From Sphacelaria rigidula (lineage: Eukaryota), in NCBI GenBank assembly GCA_964200075.2, contig CAXNAA020000011.1, positions 1 to 39,581 on the forward strand: DNA of 39,581 bases, given 5' to 3'. Positions 20,737-32,700 of the stretch are shown here, one piece after another; position 1 is the stretch's first letter; each line of letters begins with the position of its first letter. The position numbers were made by a program, and so were the translations under genes. A model generated the notes under the pieces. The model ran no database searches and had not been told where the DNA came from. It worked only from the letters and a program-made list of their open reading frames with translations.

Positions 20737-23700
20737 ATGGTGGAAACGCAGGGTTTGCAACCCACCCGGACTCCGTGCAATAGCGTTGCTGGGAGCCTCT
20801 GGGTATTCTCCTGCCTCGGACATGCATGTGTGCGTGTTAGTGACGACGAGGAGGACCGAAAAGGCTTTGCGACGGGAATCAGGCTCAACGTTCCAGACAC
20901 TGTGCTATTTGAGGACGGCTCGCCCAAATTCTGGCTCTGTACTCATGACGGCAGATTGACAAGGCGCGATGTGTGCGAGCACGTAGGCTCGAAAGAGGGC
21001 GGAGTGCTACAGAAAAGGAACAGGGAACCTTCAATTAACGAAAGCATGAGACATGTAATAGAAGGCATGGCCCTTTTTTGGCACCGGAGCAACAGCAAGT
21101 CGACCTCGGGTACCTGCAGTCCCGTCTGCGTGGTACGCAATCTTATACGAACATTTGTATCCAGAAATACAAAGGCCGGACAGCCGGCGCCATAATGACG
21201 TCGTCTCTGTTTTCAAACTCCTTCACGAGTGGTATCAGCTATAGTACCCCAAATTCGAAATGGTCACGGCCTAAGTCGGGATTTTTCCCGCGTATACTCT
21301 TCGATGGATCTTGAATTTTCTAGCGTCAGTAGACTTTAGTGAAATAAATGGATCATCTTCACCTCCCAGTGCCTAAGTTAGTGCTAGTCGATGTTATCGG
21401 GTGATACGAGTAGATATCCCGTTCATCAGGAGGGTGCTATTGACCGTGGAATACAGTTATTCGGCTCCATTGCAATATGTAGATAGCATTAAAAGAAAAA
21501 AAACTTTAATTTCTTCACAAATATGATGGGGACAAGCTCGATCGACCAAATATACCGAAGAGTCAGAATCTGAGCTGAAACTTGGCTGGACCCCCGATGA
21601 CCGGCCAGTCCGTAAGTCACTTAATATTGATTACAGTACCGATGATTTTTTTTTCCTGGAATGTGGATCGTACACTAGTATCTTCAGGTCCCCATGATGA
21701 GCCATCCAATCTGCTTATCGCCGCTGGGCCGTTTTGTTTTCTCGTTACCGTAGGCATGGTACGTGGACGGTGCGTGCGAGCGGCTCGAGATACGTCAACT
21801 GAGCAAGCTCTCTGCTGACTTTACCTGGAGAAACCAACTCGCAGCAGTTCAGGGCCACGTGGTCCCCAAGCACGTGGAGTACGGTCTCTACTGCGCAAGC
21901 GAAGATGTAATAAGTTTCACTCGAGCAGAGGGATTTTTCACCTTAGGTGCCCCGACATCCTACCGACCAGCAACAACAGAAGCTATACCAGGTTCCTACC
22001 GAAGCATATGTTCCTCCCATCTATTTGTAGTGCCAACCAGCCGGCGGCATTGTTGACCTAACCATCTGGCGATGGTGCTCATTTCGGCTTATTTACCATG
22101 TCTACGCAACGCAGTCATTTTGATCATGCTTCCCTCTGACGAGATGCTTGTTGGACTCTGTGCTTGTTTTGCCAGGCTATCTTTGGCTCCGCAGGAAGCA
22201 TTCGATTCGGGGCAGCCACGGTTGGTTTGAACATGCTCACTCGGGCTATTGCAAAATGCCTCCAGATTGGGCATGGCATCATGTTGGCGTCAATGAGGGC
22301 GGTGTATGTCGTCGATTCTCAGGGAATATTGTGGTTTTCGCACGCGGACTCCATTCAGACACAAGTGTCCTTTGCTCATGACCAACCGGACAAAACTGGC
22401 AAGCATGTTGCACAAGGAGTCCCAGTCGCTGCTCGCTTGGTGGCAGCGGAATTCCAATACCTGCTGCAGCGTGCGATCAGCTCGGGCATACTTTGGGAAG
22501 AGTGTTTTTCACACTTCAAGTGCAGCTCTAGTGGGTACGTGATTGAGCAAGCGGAAATGCGGGGCACTCATAGGTAGATAGTGACTGGGGAAATTCCCTT
22601 GAAGGTCGAGCGCTTAGAGCTTGGTCTGCGACACCCCTTGGGCAAACCTTTGAGTTTGGTTCTGGTTGTAGCCTCGTGCTCATTCAAAGCACTTATCTTT
22701 GCGAGGTTCGATGGCACCTCTCGCACGTTGTCCTTGACTTGGTTAACCTTTGACCACCTGGAGGATCATCTGTCGGGTAGGCATCATTTTTACTTGAAAA
22801 AAAGACCCGGAGACCCAGATGATCCATCCCGGCGGTCAATGAGATACGTTTCCCGCCTACTCTATGCTCATCTGGCCAATGTTATACCCTCTTTCGATTC
22901 AACAGGTATGTTGCATGAATACCCATAATACCATTCGGCTAACGCCTGGAACTACAGTAAGAGTTGTCAGGTAAACTGCAAGCATTGCATACCCTGAACT
23001 GAAATCAACCGGCCATGTGAGAAAAATCGGTACCTTAGACGTGACGTTTTTCAAGGTTCGGACGAATCATCGTCGGTTCGAATAACTGAATCCACGATTT
23101 TCTAGACCTTTTCTCTAGGTCTGATTGCTCGAAAGAGAGGAAAAAAGGGCCCGCTAATGAAAAAAGTTTCGACGCAATTTTTGCGCCACTCCACGTGCCT
23201 GGGGTGCGCGTACCTGGGTTGCAACGCCGGAAACAGTCCAAGGATTGATTCGTACGGTACGAATCAAATCCAACAGTAAGATCAAGTAATTTCCAGACTA
23301 ATCATCAATTCGTCAGACACTTGAAGTTTTTGATGTAGCGACACAGCCGAGACAAACACAACCCCCGTCACGTAATAGAAGCCGGATAAGCTGGGCCGCG
23401 AATGTGCTGAAACCTGAACCACCTTCAATCCGCGCGTTCTTCAAACCGTGAGAAAATGGCAGTCCGTTTTTTCTTTCGAATGCTCTATATGACAGGGCTT
23501 ACTTGTCACGAGGCCTCAGGCAACGGACCGGTACGGGCTGTTTCTCGTAACAAGCCCTGGTGTTTTGTCATGCAGATGTTGCAGAAGGGACGGCAAACTT
23601 CTCCTTGGTAGTGATGCATCCGGTTTTCTTTCGTCACCACGAGCGAGCGGCGAATATCCCCAGTGCTCTTCCACCACCATATACTTGCAAGCCTGGCCTG

Positions 23701-26700
23701 AAGCGTATCTACTTCATGGTACGTCTGCAGACGTTCACGTAGTCTAAACGCTTCATACTGACAGTCGGTTTGCACACAGTGCAGAGAGTAACACGATGTT
23801 CCCTCATTGCTATTTGCGCAGATGCGTTGACGCACACAGTCTCCAAGATGGACTTGAAAATCTCGGTATTGGCATAACGACCGATGTCGCCCACGCGTTG
23901 GTGCGATTGGTGGGGAATGACACATCGGCCTCCTTTCGACTACGTGATCTAGCGTCGTTTTGCGCGAACTATGATTCCTCGAGTGGAAGGCTGCACGGAA
24001 AACTACCATCACCGATGAATTTGGCAACAGTCAATCCTCCAGACAATCCCCACGGAGCTGATTCGACGGAGCGGGTACCGAGTATTTTAGAGCGTTCGCC
24101 CGATGGCGTTGCCGATGAGGCCATTACCAGGGGTAGTGATCCCGACTTGACGAGAGTGACCACCCCCACTGATGCGGTCAGCAGTTGTGGGCGTGGGCAG
24201 AAGTTTTCACCGCGAAAAGGGGTGAAGAACCAAAGAGTACTGAAAACAGAGGATTCCACTCAAGAGGACGCACCACCGTTTGCCTGGTTTGAGGTCAGCA
24301 AGGCTCCACATCGGATATCTGGGCCTGCGGTCGCCGCTTTTGCACGTTCAAAGCAATCAAACATCTCAAAAACAAATGGTTGGGGTGACTTGCCGTGCTG
24401 GGTAAGAGAATCCTCGAAAATGGCCCTGCGTCAGCTGATGGGACGTCATATAAGGTGAGGCATACTGCATTACGAAGTCTCATGGGTGCCTGCGCAATCA
24501 ATTGTCAATTTTTCATGGGCAGAAAGAACCATAGAGCCTTGGGCGGAGAGATGAACGAAAACGAGTATGACTTGTTGCCGCTGTAGCACACTTCGAATAC
24601 CGGGATGTGTTGTGACGGTGGTTATACCGACCATTGATACTCTTTGAAGTTGCAAACTCGACTTACCGTGTGCTAATAAATTGTATTAAACAGATCCTTG
24701 AGGCAAAAGCGCTGCAGACACCCGGCGGACTGGGTGGGTGCATCAAAACGCGAGAAAAATCTGTCCGATTGTGACGCAAAAAAAACTGTTGCGCCATCAG
24801 ATGCCCAACTCGTCACCTCTCCGATCACTCTATCCTACCGAAAGCAAGGTGGGCATGAAAGCCCTCGGTCTTCAACCGGTCGACTTGACTTCCCCCAGCA
24901 CGAACGGATACAGCATAACCGTCGCACGGAAGTATTCCAAGATACCAAAGTTCATGTGGGAGGCGGCAATATTATGTCGTACCGCTGGATCACGCGCGCA
25001 ACAGCACGACCGGGGCATAATGGCTCCGTCCTTGAGGCTACCGTGGCTCTGAGTACATCTAGAGAAGCGATGGGGCTTGCCGTAAACAGGAACGAAGATT
25101 TTCTCCTCATCATTTTACCAGATTTGTTGATGACAATGGACTCTATGGAAAGTCGTCTTGGCGGCATACTGGAGCTGAATCCCCACGGAAGACTACTTTT
25201 GGTTAGTCACTACGTCGTGGCACCCGTAGGTGCATCTGCATCCCGTACCCTCAAGTATCAGAACGATAGAATAAAAAAAAGTACACATCACGGCAACGAT
25301 GAGTTTAACCAAATTTGCATAGAAGTGAAGACTTGTCGTGTGTGCTTTTCCCTCGAAATTATTCAGCCTTATGCTCATCTGCTGTCATGGGCGAACGTCA
25401 GCTGTTCATGAAATAGGCTGGCTAGCATCATATGTACGGGAAGCTACTCTGACAAGACCTTGACGTGTACGTCACGTCGACGCCCGCCGCAATGTTACTG
25501 CAGCTCTTCCGGTTAAGGCTCACGCCATCGCATCGAAACGATGTTTGGGCAGGTGGGTTCCCTGGGGTTGCCGGGAACCAAGTGGAACAGAGGAGAAGTT
25601 CTCGATGCTCAGCTGCAATCGCGAGGGTTGAGCACCTTGCTGCTGGAGCTTGTCCAGCGAGGAGAACTGCACATCGAACCCGACCTCTGCGTCGTCATGA
25701 TGGGTCTCGGATGTGGAGCGAATGCGCTTCTTCACTTTGCAGCCACAAAACCCCTCGACCCGGACCTCGTAGTTTTGTTAGATTCAACACGGTTCCTCGT
25801 AGTCATAAATCCACTCCCTCTTGCACCGACGAGTAGCACCGAGGCTCATCAGGTGAAGCGGTCTATCCAGACACTGAAAAGAGTACTAGAGAGAGGAAAA
25901 CACCACGAGCAGCTCCAAGCCTTGACGACAGCATTCTTTTCGGACGAGTTCATATCACAGGTCAGCTCTGGCTGCCATCTACACCTCCGCAGAAAAGTAG
26001 CAACGTCGATTTTGTGCACATGGCGCTCATCTGCTTACGTTGAAGAATTTCCTAGGGCCGTTCTACAAAAGCAGCATTTTGCCGAGCGAAGTGGGGTTCT
26101 CCTGCGGCTCACACCTCCATATCGTGATGCGTTGCTGTCGGCTTAACTCTCAGCCACAATTTTGGGTTGTTCAGGTTCTAGTAGTAAGTATACCTCTTCT
26201 CGATCGCAATGCTTCCTCCAGCATGGTCGCACGAGCGTGCTGAAAGAATTCTGGTCACAAAGGCGGGGATTGAACCTCCCACGAGAAAGGAGACCGGTGT
26301 CAGCCCCCAGTATACTGAGGGCAAGGGGTAGGCGCGAAAACAAGTCAAGAAATATGAAGGACCCAACGCGGCAGCCACTCGACGGGGGAGAAACAGTACA
26401 ATGCCTGGATGGTATCCTGCATGGGGTCAGCATTGGACCGCTGTGTGCAGCTGTTAACCTACCGATCCTTCTGATTGCATCAACAAACGATGCTTTGGAC
26501 TCGTCACCGACGGCTAAGGTAAGTAGTCGCCTGAAAACGATTTGCAATTGTAACCGCGGCATAACGAGCATGGCGTTTGTTGTGACTTGAGTAGTTACAA
26601 ATCCCCACGACTCGAAATCTTTGATACAGCTGTGCCCAGTACGAACCCAGAGTTTGCCGCGATGTATTAGGAACTGCGTGACCACCTGAGTTATTTTTCG

Positions 26701-29700
26701 AGTTCCCAAGCCTGAGGTTCCTTGCCACAACTCTTCCTTACTAGCGAGTAAGTGAAACGACTTAAGCGGTATATCGGCTTGTACACGTTGTAGATTCAAC
26801 TACACTAGAGCTACGTTTGGGTGTTCGAGTAAGTACACATCTTAGAATCATGCGTATGTCATACGCTATATTGTGCCGAGGTGAAAACCGGTGGACTAAA
26901 CGGGGAGAGTGACAACTTTAGCGACACGGCATATCTGCACAAATCGTCTTCTCACGAATCGAGCCACAAGGGTTCTACTTGAGACCTGGAGCCGTCTGCA
27001 TCCCTTCGCTTCTATCGCAGCACTTTCCCATTTCATTGGACGCCCAAGAAGTGAATTCCCTATTCGATCTGGTGAACGGCCAAAAGCGCCGCAGGGTCCT
27101 AGTCCTTCCTGTCTCGGCTGGGCGAGAAGTCTTGCAGGAGGATCCCAGTCGAATACTGCAAATCCTCCTCGAGGCAATCAACGCTGCCCAGGCAAAGTCG
27201 TTCGTTGTGTCAAGGAGGAATGGGAAGCATCCCAACGAGGAACCGACAAGCGAGAACATATGGGAACGCAATGAAACGAATTCCACCGATCGCGACGTCA
27301 TGAAAGAGTTACGGCCAGGTAGTTCCGAGAGTGGCAACGAACGACGGGTCTGCGTAACGTCGGACAACCCAAGCACTGCAAGTGACAGGGAAACGGATCA
27401 AGCTGCTCACAAAACCAGGGTTGTCCATGAAGATTCATCTGTTTCTGCGACTCACGCCGCCAGGGGCAAATCGCGGCGCGCACGCGAGTTCGATCTCCGA
27501 AAGGAGCGGGCGGCCGAGCGCAAAAGGAGAAACGAGCGTCTGAGGAGGCAAGACGAGATTGCGAACTTGAGGAAGGCCAAAAACCAGATGGCGGAGCGCG
27601 GCAACGAACAAGGCGAACTAGCTGTAATGCAGCGAGAAGATGACCGGAGTAGAGCTGCGGACAATTATCTGAGGTGAACGTCGACTTGTGTGTCTCGTTC
27701 GCTAGGACCGCATTAGTTCGAGTGTAGCGTCTGCATTTCCAGTCCCGTTTTGTGATTTGAGGCAACACGCTGACGATGGACTCGACTTGCCCGAGATAAA
27801 CCGACAGCAAACATTAACTTTGTGCACCTCTATTCTGACCCCGACTATTCCCGGTTGGTGCTTGGGTTCAACTAAGTACTTATTCTTTCGTCTGGGATTC
27901 GGGTTCGGTGGTGGCAGGCTATGGCTTCGGAAGGTACGGGTGACGGTAAAAACGAAATAAGTCGCAGTTGATATGTCTTCCGAGAGAGAGCACGAACTTC
28001 AGAAATGTTACACGTTTGAGGTAAGGAATTGTAGAGGCTAATGCAGCAGTCCGCCCTTCGTCAAGCGTTGTTGTGAACTTGGTCGGGCCTTCTGCTTCCT
28101 CTCACCGAGATGTCGCCCAAGACAAGAGGCGTTTATGGGCGAACATCATTTAATTGACGACAGGAAAAACACAAAAAATATACAGTTCACTGTCGAAAGA
28201 ACGAAGCACGTATGAGGAAGGGTTTGACCGAAACAGCTGCGAGGAATTAACGCTTTCGTGGCTCCACATTTCACCACTTGCATTCACTGGTAAGCTTTAC
28301 GTATAAGCAATCCGAAAATCTGAACTTAATCCAAAGGGCAAATTCCGCTCCGCAGCAAAAGTAGATCCCAAGGAACAGAAAACCTTCATTTCCACTGCAC
28401 TCATTAAGCTTTGCTTTCCTTCGACCCACACTCCCCACTTCCAAAGAGAACTCGAAGGATGGACCTTGAGTGTTGCAGAGGCAAAAGAGCGCGCATTGGA
28501 GCTAACGGCTACCAGGGACCTGGGAGAGCGAAAACTTGCAGAGGATGATGTAGCTCGCGAGCGGGCAGCCAATCATTTGCAAAGGGTAGAACTATTTCAG
28601 CGAAAAAAATTGGACATCCTCGCAAAATGCGAGGTTGATAGCAGCAACGAAGCATTTTTTTGCGGCAAGCATGCAAGCGCTGAGCTCGCGCGTACAACCT
28701 GCGAACAGTTGATGGAACAATTGCGTTCGATTATGCTGGGAATCGTCGACACTTTTAAAATGGAGCAACTTCGCCGAGAGCAGTTGACAACGTTTGAAAC
28801 GCAATACCGGAAGCTCGAGTCAGCGCTTGGCAAGGCGGAGCGACTTCGGCGCACATACGCACGGGGCCGCACAGCAGCTGACGTACTTGGTGAAATGAAT
28901 TCACAACAATCAATCGAGATAGAAGTGACTGTTGCGAGGCAACAGGTTCAGCTCAGCAGTTATCAGTCAGTCTTGAAAGAGAGGCAGGAAGTGTGGCGCA
29001 TGGTTGTTCATCATCTGCAGAACCTGAAAATCGCGTTGCGTAACAAGCAAGAAGAGGTACGGACTACTATCGACGAGATTCGGAAAGCGGCAGCTAGTCT
29101 GAAAAAAAAATCTGGGCGACTGAAGGCTAGAAACCTAAATTTGGTTGCGCTCAGGGCTAGCGTGGATTCGAAGGTAGCCAGAACAAGACTACGCAGACAG
29201 CGCTTGGAGCACGAACAATTGAGGGTTCAAGCAAACCCCGGGTCACTTTTCGACACGGACATCTGGCAAGAGGGGGTCATGCAACGGATAGTTACGGGTA
29301 CATTGGCCGAATACTTACAGGTACGACGCGGTATCTGTGTTTTTCAATAAGGCAATGGAATAAACGAGAGTGCGGACAATTGCTTGGTCTCGAGTCTCCA
29401 TGCACGTTGCCCGTTGTCAAAATACGGAAGGGTTGGAATGCGTGATTTACTTCAGTTGCTACGGTGCTGCTGACGTGCAGGTTGAACTCGAGACCACACG
29501 TTGTTTTATCGAGGAGAGCGAGCAACACATGAAACGCATCGACGGAACACTCGAGGTCGATGCTGTGGCCGCTCAGGAGATCGGTTTGAAATCCCAAAGA
29601 CTAACGCAGATTGTACAAGCTACGGAAGTAAAACTGGACAGAGCGGCCGCAACGACGATTACGCAGCAGCTACAAGCTTCATTAAATGCAGAAGACGAGA

Positions 29701-32700
29701 TGAAAACAATCGCCGTGACACCAACACAAGATCGGATGAAGGGCAACATGGCGGACGAGGTGAGCAATTACCATGCTGTAGAACAATGTTTAATCGCGTT
29801 TTGACGTAATTTGGAATTGCACGATTTCTTCTTCATATTTCGCCTTCCCCGCCTTCTTTTGGCGAGTGGCGAGTGTTTTCGATTGCTTACCTCCTCTTCG
29901 GGTATGCCCATCTTGCGACCACGGCTGGATTCGTACAAATACAGTAGCGGATCAAGTACTGTTCATGTGGGACAATCCATTTTTTTGGTATCAAGAGTGC
30001 CTTGCCCCGCCCCCCTTCCAGCAAGTGGAGGTGCGAAAGAAGTGCGCAACTCTCAGCATACCTGATATTATACTGTTCAGATTCGCCGCAAGCCCAGCCA
30101 CGAACGGACTGTGGAGGAGAAGCGGTGGGTCGCGTTGGATATTCTTCTGAACGAGGAGCTGTACAACTCCTTATCTGCTGTCGAGCAAGAGGAGCTTCAG
30201 CTTAACGACGAATACAAAACACAGCTTCGAGCAGAGAATGTGGCCAGGATTCTGGAGCTTCCTCACGAGATACAGCTGAGCTTGCCACATCTTGCTTCAC
30301 AGGCAGAGATCGAGGCACATGGACTATTGATGAAATACACGCACGAACATGGGGATGCAGAATTCTCAAAGGCAGATGAAGGTAACCAAAGCGTGGAGAA
30401 CGTAGACACAGTGAAGACACCGTGGCAACATGAATGTTCAGCGCCCAAGCAGAAGAAGATCGTTGTGTATGAATCGATGTCCGATGTTGGCATGCAGACA
30501 ACGCACTGCCCTCAGAACTACCACGCGGTAGTGCGCATCGAAGAACGTGAGGTATACTGCTCCGCTGGCAACGTACTGGCACCCCAGCAGTCGCGCGCTC
30601 ACAGCTTCAGCATCAGAGACACGGATCCACTTTATGCTACGGACTTGACGGTGCGTGCGTGGCGTCTGAAGACGTTTCCACGGGAACACCGCAAACATAT
30701 CTGCAGCGTGAAGCACCCGAAACATTGCTTCGACGTTCGTTCGTGTTCACTAGGCTCCACGGTATGCCAGAAACACCGCAAATATACTAACGGATTGCAG
30801 ATGTACTTGGCATGTTCACCGACGATATCTGGTCTCATCAGACGTTGATTAAATTACGTCTGTAATTTGCTGCTGTCTGCCGTTGTTGCAGTCAGATTAG
30901 TCCCTACCGAACGAACGTGAATTGCCAAATACGTGCTTAAACAGGTTGTTGTCAAATTCAAAGGCTGTATGGATGTGCGGGGCTTCGGCAAGGGGAGAGT
31001 CAGTGCTGTTCTTATCCGAACGTCCACCGATGAGGGAAGCGTTCAAATTTCTGCAAAGGAGTGCGTAGGATACGCCCCCCATGGCAAGCAAACGTTGAAT
31101 ACTGGCGATCAGTTTCATCAAACGCCCGGGGCGATCGTAATTCATCACCGTCCAAGGCGTGTCTCAATAGCTTCCGGCACGTTCGATGTGTTGGTGAACG
31201 CTCTAAGTTTGACGGAATACTCTGTGCTGGTCATGGCCGGACAATGCGAACTGTGCACGAGCTTGATCGATAAACGGCTGCAGGAAGCGGAGCGTCTGAA
31301 GGTAAATATTCGCGTTTTTATTGGATTCCGTACTCGAATTGGCGGAATCGTCAGTACACATAGGCTGCAAGTCTCTCGCCAACACAGCGCTCGGTGGCAT
31401 CAACATCCGTGCTGGGCTGAAGGTAGTATTGCGAGCGAAATAGAGGACACCATTGTATACGTTCAAGGTATGTCGCCTTTAGAGTCCAGTTGACCCCGCA
31501 AAAGTGTGCGATCGGTCTCAGGTCAGCATGGGGTTGCGCCTTTAATACTGCAAATGGTAATAATTGCCGCGCTCCGGTGGTCGAATGGTACAATTGACTA
31601 CAGCAGGTGGGAATAGACGCGGGGTCGATACCCGTCAAATACGTCTAGTCTGACTTTTCTCCCGGAGGAGTCTGATTTCCGTCGTTGAAAACCTGAGGAC
31701 GTGAGTACAAAAAAAAATTGTTCGGATAAGTTTATCACACGACAACTGACGCAGTGCGGTAGTGCCGATCCAATCTGCGATACCAAAATGTAAGGCGTCT
31801 CCTCGGAGAGAGTGTGGGTTGTTAGAAGTGAGACAAAAAAACCCATCACAGTCGTGAGCGGGTCTAAAAATGGTGCTACAGCAGATCCGACACTATAACA
31901 TACGACTGGTAAATCCATTAGGTCCATGTTCTAACGCCCTACCCCCCCTGCCGTTGCGGTCTGCTTAGCAACCCCGCAGACCGCTCAGGTTGGTATCGTT
32001 GTCAGCATGGGGGATTCTCTGTAAAACATGTCCACACCCCATATATGCATCTTGATACTAGAGGGCTGATGAGACCGAAGTACGCATAACTTGGGCGCCA
32101 GACGCCTACTCTTCGATGTCGGTCGTGGTGTGCTTCAAGTTAGGGATACTGAAGTTTGATTGATTTGGCAGTGTCGCTTGCCACTCCACCTGTACCTCCC
32201 CACACGAGTCACTGCTACAGGTTCGCCTGACTAATCTCGAGGGTGAGCTGAGCGACACCTGGGAGAGCGTGCGGCTACGAGAACGTCAGTACGATGTGTG
32301 CAAAACATTAATTGCAGAAGCGGAGAAAGAATGCGAACGTTGCCAAGAAGCTATCGACGACATATGCACAGATCTTCTCACATACGACGAAGTGCCACTT
32401 ATGTCCACAGCCGGTCAAGGAGAAGCGAAGGTCGGGGAGAATAGTAACGTAAAGTCAGGAGCAAGTCATTTGGGCTCCACGACGAGTTTATCGGCCAGAT
32501 CAACAAGGTCAAGCGGTGATACTCCGTCGGATATGTCTGAAGCAGAAAGAGAAGAGACTTGGAACGAGGCTGCTGCTTTCGAGCTTGAGCACACCCACTG
32601 GGGGCGTATTTTTACAACTCGATGTCAGGAGAAGGTCAGCGTGAAGAAAGCCCTGGACCGGCTGATGAAGCTTCGTAGAGACCTCACCGCAGAGAAGGCT

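Noticed and set aside
23052-23450. A complete MITE pairing the 23052 TIR with GTTCTTCAAACCGTG ending at 23450
   Set aside because: The right end is very degenerate and the 8-bp flanks (ACGTTTTT versus AGAAAATG) do not match.
31956-31984. GC hairpin GCGGTCTGC...GCAGACCGC as a Helitron 3' end or terminator
   Set aside because: No CTRR terminus follows at the expected distance, and a 9-bp stem alone is insufficient evidence.
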